Shown here piece by piece: positions 9,138-20,057 of a stretch of DNA of 64,000 bases. The notes under the pieces were generated by a model that did no database searches, was not told where the DNA came from, and saw only the letters and a program-made list of their open reading frames with translations. Made by a program: the position numbers and the translations under genes. The stretch comes from an uncultured Actinomycetota bacterium. Lineage in GTDB: Bacteria > Actinomycetota > Actinomycetes > JAHEKZ01. Position 1 is the stretch's first letter. The number at the start of each line of letters is the position of its first letter. The stretch covers positions 842,244-906,243 of the forward strand of contig CAVQYR010000002.1 of NCBI GenBank assembly GCA_963718235.1, given 5' to 3'.

Positions 9138-9743
9138 ATGTTCCTCGCCGACCCGCCGCTGGACCCGCAGGTGCGTGCGATGTACGACCGCGACCTCGTC
9201 GACGACGGGTACGTCGCCAACAGCACGCGGATGTGGGCCTGGCGCCCCGACGTGTTCGACGCCTTCAAACACACGCGGGTGGTCACCGGCGAGGCCATGA
9301 CGTTGTCCGACCGAGAGTTCGCCCTGCTGCTGGCGTCGACGGTCTCGGCGGAGCGCGACGGCTACTGCTCCCTCGCTTGGGGGTCGGCACTGGCTCTGCA
9401 GACCAGCGACGAGGTGGCCGCGGCCGTGCTGTCGGGTGAGACACCGGCCGAGCTGACGCGGCGGGAGGTCACCCTCGTCAACTGGTGCCGAGCGGTCGTC
9501 CGCGACGCCGCGGCGACCACCGCGACCGATGTGGACGAGCTGCGCGCCGTGGGCTTCGGCGACCGCGACATCTTCGAGGTGACCGCGATCGTCGCGTTCC
9601 GGATCGCCTTCTCGACGGTTCGGCTCGCGCTGGGTGTGCAACCCGACGTCCAGCTCGCCCAGGGTGCCAGCAGTGCCGTCCGGGAGGTGGTCGACTTCGG
9701 GCGACCGGTGGCCGACGAGCCCTCCGCCACGGTGGTCGGCTGA
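9138..9743 (+). CDS. carboxymuconolactone decarboxylase/AhpD-like protein
   Basis: LSDREFALL...DGYCSLAWG and DVDELRAVGFGDRDIFE patterns typical of the CMD/AhpD-like fold. AGGAG RBS. Confidence 0.75.
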   Translation: MFLADPPLDPQVRAMYDRDLVDDGYVANSTRMWAWRPDVFDAFKHTRVVTGEAMTLSDREFALLLASTVSAERDGYCSLAWGSALALQTSDEVAAAVLSGETPAELTRREVTLVNWCRAVVRDAAATTATDVDELRAVGFGDRDIFEVTAIVAFRIAFSTVRLALGVQPDVQLAQGASSAVREVVDFGRPVADEPSATVVG

Positions 9744-9770
9744 GGACGACCCGGCGAACGGGACGACGGC

Positions 9771-10532
9771 CTACCGGGGCAGGGGTGGCCGGTAGCTGTC
9801 GGCGTGACCGATCGACTCGGCGAGGCTGAGCATGATCTGCTCGAACATCGGCTCGCCGTCGGGCATCGCCCAGTTCAGGTGGCCGAAGGTCTCCATGGCG
9901 ACGCAGCCGTAGATGCGCACCCAGCCCTCGAGGAACCGCACGACCGCACCGAGCGGCATCCCGGGGGCGAGCGTGTCGGTGAGCCAGGTCCAGTACTGGA
10001 GCAGGCCCTCCTCGATCCCCGGGACGAGCGCGTCGCCCTCGGGCACCTCGAACGGCGCGACGGCCCACATCTGCATGAACGCCGCCGCGAACAGACTGCC
10101 GAAGCGGCTGCTGGCCTCCTGGCATGCGTTGCTGGGGGTCTCGCCGAACGCGGTGGGCGGGGTGGCGAACATGAGCGCGAACTCGTGGGGGTGCGCCATG
10201 GCCCACCGCCGGAACGCCCGGCCGAGCTCGAGGATCTGGCCGAACGGGTCGTCGTCGGGCACCCCCTCGCGCGCCGCCTCGAGCTGGTCGCACAGCTCGC
10301 CGTACAGGTCGACCGTGACCGCCTCGACGAGGTCCTCGAGGCTGGGGAAGTAGCGGTACAGGGCGGGAGCAGTCAGGCCGACCTCGCGGGCGACCGCCCG
10401 CAGCTGGATCCCGCTGGGTCCGTGCGCCACGAGCTCCTGGCGGGCCGCCGCCTTGATCTCCTGGACCGTCTGGGCCCGCACCCGGTCACGGCGCGGCTGC
10501 AGCGGCGTGGGGGTGGTGGCCGCGGTGCTCAT
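9771..10532 (-). CDS. TetR/AcrR-family regulator (WHG-type C-terminal domain)
   Basis: HTH IQLRAVAREVGLTAPALYRYFPS, plus RRWAMAHPHEFALMF and WVRIYG. Divergent from the MMPL gene. Confidence 0.92.
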   Translation of the reverse strand: MSTAATTPTPLQPRRDRVRAQTVQEIKAAARQELVAHGPSGIQLRAVAREVGLTAPALYRYFPSLEDLVEAVTVDLYGELCDQLEAAREGVPDDDPFGQILELGRAFRRWAMAHPHEFALMFATPPTAFGETPSNACQEASSRFGSLFAAAFMQMWAVAPFEVPEGDALVPGIEEGLLQYWTWLTDTLAPGMPLGAVVRFLEGWVRIYGCVAMETFGHLNWAMPDGEPMFEQIMLSLAESIGHADSYRPPLPR

Positions 10533-10553
10533 CAGACCTCCGGAGAAACGTTC

Positions 10554-10619
10554 GTGAACGGGCTTGACAACTGTGAACGACGTTAGCATAGTGAACGCCG
10601 TTAAGTAAACGTCGTTCAC
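10554..10619. promoter_or_regulatory. array of four 15-bp TetR operator-like palindromes overlapping a TTGACA promoter
   Basis: Consensus GTGAACG-N-CGTTCAC at 10554, 10573, 10591 and 10605. TTGACA at 10564-10569 with CATAGT 17 bp downstream. Confidence 0.7.
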
Positions 10620-10675
10620 CGATCGTCCGCCTCTCAGGGTAGACCCGGTGGCCCGCCCGGAAGGTCCTCCACGCC

Positions 10676-12937
10676 ATGTCCCTGCTCCTCTCCCGCTCCG
10701 GCCCTACCCCGCAGCGCGACCTCACCCCCTCCGACCCCGCCATCGACCGGGGCCTGTTCCCCCGGCTGGGCCGGGTCATCTACCGGCACCGGCGCCTCAC
10801 CCTCGGGCTCACCGGCCTGCTCCTCGTCGTGGCCGGCGTCTGGGGCACGAGTGTGTTCGGCGCCCTCGGTGGGGGTGGCTTCGAGGACCCGGGCAGCGAG
10901 TCGTCGAGGGCCGCGGCCGTGATCGACAACCGGTTCGGCCACCTGGGGGCCGACGTGATCGTGGTCTACAGCGCTCCTCAGGGGAGCACATTGACCGTCG
11001 AGGACCCGGCCTTTCGGTCATCGGTGGAGGACGCGCTCGCGACGGTTCCGCCGTCGGACCTCACCAGCGTGAGCACCTACTGGTCGTCGGGTCGTTCACC
11101 CACGTTCGTCACTGCCGACGGCCGCACCACCTACGCGGTGCTGCAGCTGGCGGGTGACGACGCCCAGGCCCGCGAGGACGCCTACACGGCCGTGGCCGAC
11201 GGTCTCGTGGCCGACGGTCTGACCACGCTGCGTGGGGGACCGGTCCCGGTGTTCGTCGCGATGAACACCCAGGTCGAGGAGGACATTGCGCGAGCCGAGT
11301 CGTTGTCGTTCCCGCTGCTCCTGGTGCTGCTCGTGGTCGTGTTCGGCTCACTCGTGGCGGCCAGCCTCCCGTTGGCGGTCGGCGCAGTAGCGATCCTTGG
11401 TGCGTTCACCGTCCTCAAGCTGCTCACCCTGTTCACCGACGTCAGCATCTTTGCGGTCAACATCGTCACCATGCTGGGCCTGGGCCTGGCGATCGACTAC
11501 GCCTTGTTCATCGTCGGCCGGTTCCGTGAGCAGCTGGCGGCGGGGGACAGTGTCGAGGACGCCGTCGTGCACACCGTGGCCACCGCAGGGCGCACCGTCG
11601 CGTTCTCGGGGCTCACCGTGGCGGTGGCCCTGGGCGCCCTGCTCCTGTTCCCGATGAACTTCCTGCAGTCGATGGGCTACGGAGGTATAGCCGCGGTGCT
11701 CGTGGCCATGCTGGCCGCGCTCACCATGCTGCCCGCGCTGCTCGGAGTGCTCGGCCCGCGCGTCAACAAGCTGGCCATGCCCTGGGCCCGTTCGCGCGTC
11801 ACCTCGGAAGCCGACCCCTCGCAGGGGATGTGGGCCCGGGTTGCGCGCGTCGTCATGCGCCGTCCGCTGATCGTGGCCGGGGGCACGGTGGCCCTGCTCG
11901 CCGTCCTGGGCCTGCCGTTCTTCTCCGTCGCCTTCGGTGGGGTCGACCAGCGCGCGCTGCCTGAAGGCACCGAGTCACGGGTGGCCATGGAGACCCTTCA
12001 GCGGGAGTTCCCCGCCACGTCAGCGCAGCCGATCCAGGTCGTCGTTCGCGGTGCGGACGAGTCGGCCGTCGCCGGGTATGTCGACGAGCTCGGCGCACTG
12101 CCGGGCGCGACGTCGGCCCAGGTCGTGGCGGTCGACGGAGACGCAACGCTCGTCGACGTGACGTTCGACGGGATCGCGACGTCGGACAGTGCACGAGCCC
12201 TGGTCGACGACGTGCGCGCGACGCCCACTCCGGCCGGTGCATCGTCGGAGGTCGCGGGTGAGTCGGCGCGGTTGACCGACCTGCTGTCCAGCCTCGGCGA
12301 CCGGCTGCCGTGGGCAGGGCTGTACCTGTTCGTGACGACGTTCGTGCTGCTGTTCATGGCGTTCGGGTCGGTCGTGCTGCCGATCAAGGCGATGGTCATG
12401 AACGTGCTCTCCCTGTCGGCCACGTTCGGCGTGCTGGTGTGGGGCTTCCAGGACGGAAACCTGTCCGGACTCCTCGGGTTCACCTCGACCGGCACGCTCG
12501 AGGCCACCCAGCCGGTGCTGATCCTGGCCATGGCGTTCGGCCTGTCCATGGACTACGAGGTGTTCCTGCTCAGTCGGATCCGCGAGGAGTGGGACCGCAC
12601 CGGCGACAACTCCCTGGCCGTCGAGCGCGGCCTGCAGAAGACCGGGCGGATCATCACCAGCGCCGCGCTGCTGTTCGTCGTGGTCGTCGGGGCGTTCGCC
12701 ACGAGCGGGATCACCTTCATCCAGATGATCGGGGTCGGACTGGCGGTCGCCGTGCTCATCGACGCCACCGTCGTCCGGGCGCTGCTCGTGCCGGCCACGA
12801 TGCAGCTGCTGGGTCGCTGGAACTGGTGGGCGCCGGCCCCGCTCGCGCGCTTCTGGGAGCGGTTCGGCGTCCGCGAGTCCGACCAGGTCGCCCTTCCCGC
12901 GCAGTCACCGGAGGTGCCGCAGCCCAGCACCGCCTGA
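10676..12937 (+). CDS. MMPL-family (RND) transporter
   Basis: [56 protein letters not shown] and WNWWAP motifs. Confidence 0.95.
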   Translation: MSLLLSRSGPTPQRDLTPSDPAIDRGLFPRLGRVIYRHRRLTLGLTGLLLVVAGVWGTSVFGALGGGGFEDPGSESSRAAAVIDNRFGHLGADVIVVYSAPQGSTLTVEDPAFRSSVEDALATVPPSDLTSVSTYWSSGRSPTFVTADGRTTYAVLQLAGDDAQAREDAYTAVADGLVADGLTTLRGGPVPVFVAMNTQVEEDIARAESLSFPLLLVLLVVVFGSLVAASLPLAVGAVAILGAFTVLKLLTLFTDVSIFAVNIVTMLGLGLAIDYALFIVGRFREQLAAGDSVEDAVVHTVATAGRTVAFSGLTVAVALGALLLFPMNFLQSMGYGGIAAVLVAMLAALTMLPALLGVLGPRVNKLAMPWARSRVTSEADPSQGMWARVARVVMRRPLIVAGGTVALLAVLGLPFFSVAFGGVDQRALPEGTESRVAMETLQREFPATSAQPIQVVVRGADESAVAGYVDELGALPGATSAQVVAVDGDATLVDVTFDGIATSDSARALVDDVRATPTPAGASSEVAGESARLTDLLSSLGDRLPWAGLYLFVTTFVLLFMAFGSVVLPIKAMVMNVLSLSATFGVLVWGFQDGNLSGLLGFTSTGTLEATQPVLILAMAFGLSMDYEVFLLSRIREEWDRTGDNSLAVERGLQKTGRIITSAALLFVVVVGAFATSGITFIQMIGVGLAVAVLIDATVVRALLVPATMQLLGRWNWWAPAPLARFWERFGVRESDQVALPAQSPEVPQPSTA

Positions 12938-12946
12938 CCCATGCGT

Positions 12947-13004
12947 CGACTCCGGAGCCGTGGCGGCTACGAGCACCTCCGAACCCGCCACAGCTCCGGA
13001 GTCG
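12947..13004. repeat. REP-like palindrome, copy 2 (possible terminator)
   Basis: CGACTCCGGAGCCGTGGCGG-18 nt-CCGCCACAGCTCCGGAGTCG, 19/20 complementary arms, 10 nt after the MMPL stop. Confidence 0.65.
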
Positions 13005-13028
13005 CGTCGATGGGGGACACTGGTCGGC

Positions 13029-14237
13029 ATGCGTGACGTCGTGCTCCTCGGGTCGACCGGGTCGATCGGGACCCAGGCCGTCGACGTCGTGCGGGCCAAC
13101 CCCGACCGGTTCCGGGTCGTGGGCCTCGCCGCCGGCGGGGCGAACGTCGAGCTGCTGGCCCGACAGGCCCTCGAGCTCGACGTCGACGTCGTTGCCGTGG
13201 CCCGGGCCACCGCCGCCCAGGACCTCCAGCTCGCCCTCAACGCCGAGGCCCAGCGGCGTGGATACGAGACGGGCGACGCTGCCCTGCCGAAGGTGCTCGC
13301 CGGGCCCGACTCCGCGGCCGAGGTGGCGGCCTGGCCCTGTGACGTCGTGCTCAACGGCATGACCGGCTCGATCGGGCTCGCCCCCACGCTGGCCGCGCTG
13401 CGGGCGGGGAGCACGCTGGCGCTGGCCAACAAGGAGTCGCTGATCGTCGGTGGCCCGCTGGTGAAGGCCGCCGCTCAGCCCGGTCAGATCGTCCCGGTCG
13501 ACTCCGAGCACTCGGCGTTGGCCCAGGCGCTGCGCGGCGGCTCGGCCCAGGAGGTCCGGCGGCTGGTGCTCACCGCCAGTGGTGGCCCCTTCAGGGGGCG
13601 CCCGGCCGAGGGCCTGGCCGACGTCACCCCCGAGCAGGCCCTGGCGCACCCCACGTGGGACATGGGTCCGGTCGTCACCGTGAACTCGGCCACCCTGATG
13701 AACAAGGGGCTGGAGCTCATCGAGGCGCACCTGCTGTTCGACGTGGCGTACGAGCGGATCGCGGTCGTCGTCCACCCGCAGTCGGTCGTGCACTCGATGG
13801 TCGAGTTCATCGACGGGTCGACGCTGGCCCAGGCCAGCCCGCCCGACATGAAGCTGCCGATCGCTCTTGGCCTGGGCTGGCCCGACCGGGTGCCCGACGC
13901 TGCTGCCGCCTGCGACTGGACGACGCCCGCCACCTGGCAGTTCGCCCCGCTGGACGACGAGGCGTTCCCGGCAGTGGGGCTGGCCCGCCGGGCCGGTGAG
14001 GCAGGCGGAACCACCCCCGCGGTGCTCAATGCGGCCAACGAGCAAGCGGTGTCGGCCTTCCTGGAGGGGAACCTGGCGTTCCCCCGGATCGTCGCAACCG
14101 TGGAACAGGTCGTTCGCGAGCACCTGACCACCCGATCGGGTGAGCCGCTTGAGGTCGAGCTGTCCGTGGCCGACGTCTTGAAGGCCGAGACCTGGGCCAG
14201 GACCAGGGCCGACCAGCTGCTCGAGGGAGTCCGATGA
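13029..14237 (+). CDS. dxr: 1-deoxy-D-xylulose-5-phosphate reductoisomerase
   Basis: [41 protein letters not shown]. Confidence 0.97.
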   Translation: MRDVVLLGSTGSIGTQAVDVVRANPDRFRVVGLAAGGANVELLARQALELDVDVVAVARATAAQDLQLALNAEAQRRGYETGDAALPKVLAGPDSAAEVAAWPCDVVLNGMTGSIGLAPTLAALRAGSTLALANKESLIVGGPLVKAAAQPGQIVPVDSEHSALAQALRGGSAQEVRRLVLTASGGPFRGRPAEGLADVTPEQALAHPTWDMGPVVTVNSATLMNKGLELIEAHLLFDVAYERIAVVVHPQSVVHSMVEFIDGSTLAQASPPDMKLPIALGLGWPDRVPDAAAACDWTTPATWQFAPLDDEAFPAVGLARRAGEAGGTTPAVLNAANEQAVSAFLEGNLAFPRIVATVEQVVREHLTTRSGEPLEVELSVADVLKAETWARTRADQLLEGVR

Positions 14238-15529
14238 ACGTGGCCGCACTGCTCGGTGTGCTGTTCTTTGCCGTGGGCGTGGCCGCCTCGATCGCCCTGC
14301 ACGAGGTGGGACATCTGCTGCCCGCCAAGCGGTTCGGGGTCAAGGTCACCCAGTACATGGTGGGGTTCGGCCCGACGATGTGGTCGCGTCACAGGGGCGA
14401 GACGGAGTACGGCCTCAAGGCGGTGCCGCTGGGTGGTTACATCCGGATGATCGGCATGTTCCCGCCCAGGCGCAACGCCGAGGGCCAGCTGGTGCACAGC
14501 ACGGCGACCACCGGCCCGATCCAGTCGATGATGGAGAGCGCCCGCAGCCAGAGCGCCAGCGAGGTGCAGCCCGGTGACGAGGACCGGGTCTTCTACAAGC
14601 TCAAGACCCGCCAGAAGCTCGTCGTCATGCTCGGCGGGCCCACCATGAACCTGTTCATCGCCGCAGTCCTGTTCACCATCGCCATGAGCGGGCTCGGCAC
14701 ACCCCAGCTCACCCCCACTGTCGACGCCGTCGTGCCGTGCGTGCCAGCGGTCGGTGCCACCGACTGCGCCGACACCGACCCGCAGAGCCCGGCGCAGGCG
14801 GCCGGCGTCCAGGCCGGCGACGTGGTGGTGGCCATCGACGGCGAGCCGGTCTCGGACTGGACGACAGCGTCCGACGTCATCCGGGCCTCCGGTGGCCAGC
14901 AGGTGACGCTGACCGTGCTGCGCGACGGCTCCGAGCAGGACCTCACCGTCGACGTCGTCGCCACCAAACGACCGAGCGTGGACGACCCGGACACCTACGT
15001 CGACGCCGGCTTCGTGGGCATCCGCCCCACCATCGAGCAGGTGCGCCAGCCGTTGACCGCGGTGCCGGCCCAGATGTGGGACTTCGGCGTCAAGTCCGGC
15101 CAGGCCGTGCTGAGCATCCCGGCGAAGATGGTCGGTGTGTGGCAGGCCGCCTTCGGTGACGCCGAGCGCGACATCAACGGACCGGTCAGCGTGGTCGGCG
15201 TGGGGCGGTTCAGCGCCGAGGTGGCGGCCGACCAGGCCAGCATCTCGTGGCGCATGTCGAACCTGCTCATGCTCCTCGCAGCGCTCAACATGGCGCTGTT
15301 CCTCTTCAACCTCATCCCGCTGCTGCCGCTGGACGGCGGTCACGTGGCCGGCGCGCTGTACGAGGGAGCCAAGCGTGAGGTCGCCAAGTGGCGTCATCGC
15401 CCCGACCCCGGCCCGGTCGACGTCGCCAGGGCGCTCCCGCTGGCCTACGGGGTGGCGTTCCTGCTGATCGGCATGTCCGCGCTGCTGATCTACGCCGACG
15501 TCGTGAACCCGATCCGGCTGAGTGGCTGA
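14234..15529 (+). CDS. rseP: M50 intramembrane zinc metalloprotease (RIP/RseP-like) with PDZ domain
   Basis: HEVGH and [11 protein letters not shown] motifs. Canonical position between dxr and ispG. Confidence 0.93.
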   Translation: MNVAALLGVLFFAVGVAASIALHEVGHLLPAKRFGVKVTQYMVGFGPTMWSRHRGETEYGLKAVPLGGYIRMIGMFPPRRNAEGQLVHSTATTGPIQSMMESARSQSASEVQPGDEDRVFYKLKTRQKLVVMLGGPTMNLFIAAVLFTIAMSGLGTPQLTPTVDAVVPCVPAVGATDCADTDPQSPAQAAGVQAGDVVVAIDGEPVSDWTTASDVIRASGGQQVTLTVLRDGSEQDLTVDVVATKRPSVDDPDTYVDAGFVGIRPTIEQVRQPLTAVPAQMWDFGVKSGQAVLSIPAKMVGVWQAAFGDAERDINGPVSVVGVGRFSAEVAADQASISWRMSNLLMLLAALNMALFLFNLIPLLPLDGGHVAGALYEGAKREVAKWRHRPDPGPVDVARALPLAYGVAFLLIGMSALLIYADVVNPIRLSG

Positions 15530-15582
15530 CCCTCGCCGAGATCGGCTGCGCGCCCGGGGATCGGCCAGGGGATACTGGCTCC

Positions 15583-16764
15583 ATGACGTCGACGCCCATC
15601 GCTCTCGGCATCCCAGCCACACCGCCGAAGCCGCTGGCCCCCCGGCGCCACACCCGACAGCTCGTTCTGCGCCACCCGACGCACCCGGTCGCGGTCGGCG
15701 GCGACGCCCCGATCTCGGTGCAGTCGATGACGACCACGGTCACCGCCGACGTCAACGCCACCCTGCAGCAGATCGCCGAGCTGACTACCTCGGGCTGCCA
15801 GATCGTGCGGGTCGCGTGTCCCAGCCAGGACGACGCCGAGGCGCTCTCCGCGATCGCCACGAAGTCGCAGATCCCGGTGATCGCCGACATCCACTTCCAG
15901 CCCAAGTACGTGTTCGCGGCGATCGACGCCGGGTGCGCCGGCGTGCGGGTGAACCCCGGCAACATCAAGCAGTTCGACGACAAGGTCGGTGAGATCGCCC
16001 GAGCCGCCGGCGACGCCGGAGTGCCGATCCGGATCGGCGTCAACGCCGGGTCGCTCGACCCGCGGCTGCTCGCCAAGTACGGCAAGGCCACGCCCGAGGC
16101 GTTGGTCGAGTCGGCCCTGTGGGAGTGCTCGCTGTTCGAGGAGCACGGCTTCCGCGACATCAAGATCTCGGTGAAGCACAACGACCCGGTGGTCATGGTC
16201 GCGGCGTACCGGCAGCTGGCCGAGCAGTGCGACTACCCGCTGCACCTGGGGGTCACCGAGGCCGGCCCCACCTTCCAGGGGACGATCAAGTCCGCCGTCG
16301 CCTTCGGGGCGCTGCTGTCCGAGGGGATCGGCGACACGATCCGCGTGTCGCTGTCGGCACCCCCGGTCGAGGAGGTCAAGGTCGGTTCGGCGATCCTCGA
16401 GTCGCTCGGCCTGCGCGAGCGCGGGCTCGAGATCGTGTCCTGCCCGTCCTGCGGACGGGCCCAGGTCGACGTCTACACACTGGCCGAGCAGGTGACCGCA
16501 GGTCTCGAAGGACTCACCGTTCCGCTGCGCGTCGCCGTCATGGGCTGCGTGGTGAACGGGCCGGGGGAGGCGCGTGAGGCCGATCTGGGCGTTGCTAGCG
16601 GAAACGGCAAGGGCCAGATCTTCGTCAAGGGTGAGGTGATCAAGACGGTGCCCGAGGCGGCGATCGTGGAGACCCTGATCGAGGAGGCCCTCAAGCTCGC
16701 CGAGCAGATGGGCTTCGACCCGGATGCGACAGCCGACGGGTCGCCGCAGGTCGTCGTCGGCTGA
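15583..16764 (+). CDS. ispG: (E)-4-hydroxy-3-methylbut-2-enyl-diphosphate synthase
   Basis: [45 protein letters not shown]. Confidence 0.97.
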   Translation: MTSTPIALGIPATPPKPLAPRRHTRQLVLRHPTHPVAVGGDAPISVQSMTTTVTADVNATLQQIAELTTSGCQIVRVACPSQDDAEALSAIATKSQIPVIADIHFQPKYVFAAIDAGCAGVRVNPGNIKQFDDKVGEIARAAGDAGVPIRIGVNAGSLDPRLLAKYGKATPEALVESALWECSLFEEHGFRDIKISVKHNDPVVMVAAYRQLAEQCDYPLHLGVTEAGPTFQGTIKSAVAFGALLSEGIGDTIRVSLSAPPVEEVKVGSAILESLGLRERGLEIVSCPSCGRAQVDVYTLAEQVTAGLEGLTVPLRVAVMGCVVNGPGEAREADLGVASGNGKGQIFVKGEVIKTVPEAAIVETLIEEALKLAEQMGFDPDATADGSPQVVVG

Positions 16765-16768
16765 CCCG

Positions 16769-17611
16769 ATGCTCACGACGTCCACCCTTCGGCTGCTCGG
16801 CGAGCGCGACCTGGACGCAGCGCTCGCGATCTTGGCCCAGGACCCGGTGTCCAACGTGTTCGTCGAGTCACGCGTGCGCGCCTGCGACGGGCGGGCCTGG
16901 CGGCTGGGCGGTGAGCTGTGGGGCTACATCGACCGTGGACAGGTCCGGTCGTTGTGCTACGCCGGCGCGAACGTCGTGCCGGTGCAGGCCGACGACGCGG
17001 CGATCGTCGCCTTCGCCGACCGGCTCCTGCGCCAGGGCCGGCGCTGCTCGTCGATCGTGGGTGACGCCTGGCAGGTCGCATCGCTGTGGAGCCTGCTCGA
17101 GCCGGCCTGGGGTCCTGGCCGGGAGGTCCGAGGCGACCAGCCGCTGCTCGCCATCGACCACGACCCCCTGGTGGCGCCGGACCCGCTGGTCCGGCCCGTG
17201 CGGCCCGACGAGCTCGACGTGCTGCTCCCGGCCAGCATCGCGATGTTCACCGAGGAGGTCGGCGTCTCACCGCTGGCCCACGACGGCGGCGGGCTGTACC
17301 GGGCCCGGGTGAGCGAGCTGATCACCACCGGTCGCGCGTTCGCCCGGATCGAGGACGGCCGGGTCGTGTTCAAGGCCGAGGTGGGTGCGGTGTCGCCGTC
17401 CGCGTGCCAGGTGCAGGGGGTGTGGGTGGAGCCGAGCCGTCGCGGTGAGGGTCTGTCGACGCCGGGCATGGCTGCGGTGGTCGCCCTGGCCCGGGCGTCG
17501 CTCGCGCCGACGGTGAGCCTCTACGTCAACGGGTTCAACGCGCCCGCGCGGCGCGCGTACGACCGGGTCGGCTTCACCCAGGTCGGCACCTTCACCACCG
17601 TCCTCTTCTGA
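16769..17611 (+). CDS. GNAT acetyltransferase (DUF4081-type) downstream of ispG
   Basis: MFTEEVGVSP, FKAEVG, QVQGVWV...RRGEGLS, SLYVN...A...Y.RVGF. Usual actinobacterial synteny. Confidence 0.88.
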   Translation: MLTTSTLRLLGERDLDAALAILAQDPVSNVFVESRVRACDGRAWRLGGELWGYIDRGQVRSLCYAGANVVPVQADDAAIVAFADRLLRQGRRCSSIVGDAWQVASLWSLLEPAWGPGREVRGDQPLLAIDHDPLVAPDPLVRPVRPDELDVLLPASIAMFTEEVGVSPLAHDGGGLYRARVSELITTGRAFARIEDGRVVFKAEVGAVSPSACQVQGVWVEPSRRGEGLSTPGMAAVVALARASLAPTVSLYVNGFNAPARRAYDRVGFTQVGTFTTVLF

Positions 17612-17705
17612 CCCCCACCCCCAAGTTGATCTTGGACTTGATGTGCAGGTTCGACGGTGCTGGGCAGCATCTTCTGCATGATCAACTTTGTTCTGGGGGG
17701 TTGGG
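17612..17705. repeat. palindromic intergenic element with GTTGATC-type inverted repeats
   Basis: AAGTTGATCTTG (17623-17634) and CATGATCAACTT (17677-17688), flanked by C-rich and G-rich arms. AT-richer than its surroundings. Lies between convergent genes. Confidence 0.6.
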
Positions 17706-18203
17706 CTAGCGGTAGTGGATGGTGGCGAACGGCCAGGCGTCGTCCAACCACTGCTGGACGACGGCCGCCAGCTCGGCGTCGAGGGGAGCCCGAGACACCC
17801 GGACCCAGGACCGCACCAGCGCGTCGACGTCCGCGTCCTCGCTGGGGTACACGTACACGCACCCGATGACGTCGTCGTCAGCCAGCGCGCGCACCGTGTA
17901 GGTGAAGCCCAGCCGTTGCTCGAAGTGCCGGGCGTGCATCTCCAGGTCGCCGAGGTTCTCCGCCAAGGACATGGGGTGCGGCCATCGCCGGTGCTCGAAG
18001 CCCGGGGTCGCGTGGATGTGCTCCACCGACGACGTCCAGGCGGCGTAGTCGGCCTCGTTGTGCTGGGGGCCCAACGGCTCCAGCCAGAACTGGTCGGTGC
18101 GCGGCGGGCCGGGCAGGACGAACGAGTCGGGCACGAACGGCCCGCCGTGCCCCGGCTGCGGCTCGTCGAGCTCGTCGATATCCGGTAGGTCGGGGTCGGC
18201 CAT
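17706..18203 (-). CDS. GNAT-like N-acetyltransferase domain protein
   Basis: LEPLGPQHNEADYAAWTSS...FTYTV...VIGCVYVYP...VRSWVR. High-GC3 codon usage and a TACTGT -10 element 7 nt upstream of the ATG. Confidence 0.75.
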   Translation of the reverse strand: MADPDLPDIDELDEPQPGHGGPFVPDSFVLPGPPRTDQFWLEPLGPQHNEADYAAWTSSVEHIHATPGFEHRRWPHPMSLAENLGDLEMHARHFEQRLGFTYTVRALADDDVIGCVYVYPSEDADVDALVRSWVRVSRAPLDAELAAVVQQWLDDAWPFATIHYR

Positions 18204-18285
18204 GGGTGGGACAGTAGTGCGACGTCGATAGTCTCGGCGCGAGCCACACCCACGTCAGAACGACCTTCGGACCGAGGAGCACCCG

Positions 18286-20055
18286 GTGCTGCAACGCATG
18301 TCGACCCTGTTCCTTCGCACCCTGCGCGAGGACCCGGCCGACGCCGAGGTGCCCAGCCACCGGCTGCTGGTGCGGGCCGGCTACGTGCGCCGGGTCGCGC
18401 CGGGCATCTACAGCTGGCTGCCGCTGGGTTACGAGGTGCTGCGCAACATCGAGCGGATCGTCCGCGAGGAGATGAACGCGATCGGGGCCCAGGAGGTCCA
18501 CTTCCCGGCGCTGCTGCCGCGTGAGCCGTACGAGATCAGCAACCGCTGGACCGAGTACGGCGACAACATCTTCCGGCTGAAGGACCGAAAGGACGGCGAC
18601 TACCTGCTCGGCCCCACCCACGAGGAGCTCTTCACGCTTCTGGTCAAGGACCTCTACTCCTCGTACAAGGACCTCCCCGTCTGGCTGTACCAGATCCAGA
18701 CGAAGTACCGCGACGAGACCGCGCCCGCGCGCCGGCATCCTGCGAGGCCGGGAGTTCGTCATGAAGGACTCCTACTCCTTCGACGTCGGCGACGAGGGGC
18801 TGCAGAAGTCCTACGACGCCCACCGCGACGCCTACATCCGGATCTTCGACCGGTTCGGCTTTGACTACGTGATCGTCGAGGCGATGTCCGGGGCGATGGG
18901 CGGCTCGGCCAGCGAGGAGTTCCTCGCGTCCGCCGAGCACGGCGAGGACACCTACGTGCGCTGCACTTCGTGCGACTACTCGGCCAACGTCGAGGCCGTG
19001 CGGGTGCGCGGTGCCCGACCCCATCGCGTGGGACGAACCTGCCTGCCGCGCACGTCGAGGACACTCCCGACACCCCGACCATCGACACGCTCGTGGCCCA
19101 CCTCGACGTGGCGTTTCCCCGCGACGACCGTCCGTGGCATGCGGCCGACACGCTCAAGAACGTCATCGTGATGCTGCTGCACCCCGACGGCACGCGCGAG
19201 CCGCTGGCGATCGGCGTCCCGGGCGACCGCGAGGTCGACGAGAAGCGCCTGCAGGCCCAGGTCGAGCCGGCCGAGCTGGCCGCGTTCACCGAGGACGACT
19301 TCGCCGCCAACCCGGCCCTGCGCAAGGGGTACATCGGCCCGGCGGCGCTCGGGGCGAACAACCCGTCCGGCATCCGCTACCTCGTCGACCCCAGGGTCGT
19401 CGACGGCACCCAGTGGGTCACCGGTGCCGACCAGGACGGCCGCCACGTGCTCGGCCTGGTCGCCGGGCGCGACTTCACCGCCGACGGGCTGATCGAGGCC
19501 GCCGAGGTGCGCGAGGACGACGAGTGCCCGCGGTGCGGCGAGGCGCTGTCGATCGCGCGTGGCATCGAGATCGGCCACATCTTCCAGCTCGGCCGCCGGT
19601 TCGCCGAGGCGCTCGACCTTCGCGTGCTCGACGAGAACGGCAAGCTGGTCACGGTCACCATGGGCTCGTACGGCATCGGCATCTCGCGCGCCGTTGCAGC
19701 CATCGTGGAGAACTCCCACGACGAGCAGGGCATCGTGTGGCCGCGTGAGGTGGCCCCCGCCGACGTCCACCTGGTCGCCACCGGAAAGGACGAGGCGATC
19801 TTCTCCGCCGCCGAGGCGCTCGCGGTTGACCTCGACCGGGCCGGGGTGCGGGTCATCTACGACGACCGGCCCAAGGTGTCGCCCGGTGTGAAGTTCAAGG
19901 ACGCCGAGCTGATCGGTGTTCCGACCATCGTGGTGGTGGGCAAGGGCCTCGCCGACGGCGAGATCGAGGTGCGCGACCGGGCCACCGACCTGCGCACGAC
20001 GGTGCCGGCCGACGAAGCCGCAGCGCGCATCGTCGAGGCCATCCGGGAGAGCTGA
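18286..20055 (+). CDS. proS: proline--tRNA ligase (two apparent frameshifts, ~18720 and ~19010, probably sequencing errors)
   Basis: Three consecutive ORF pieces give [42 protein letters not shown], the insertion (editing) domain, [11 protein letters not shown] and MGSYGIG. Confidence 0.93.
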
Positions 20056-20057
20056 GC

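Noticed and set aside
18286-20055. proS as a pseudogene or programmed-frameshift gene
   Set aside because: It is an essential gene with all motifs intact, and neither break has a slippery sequence. Treated as sequencing indels.
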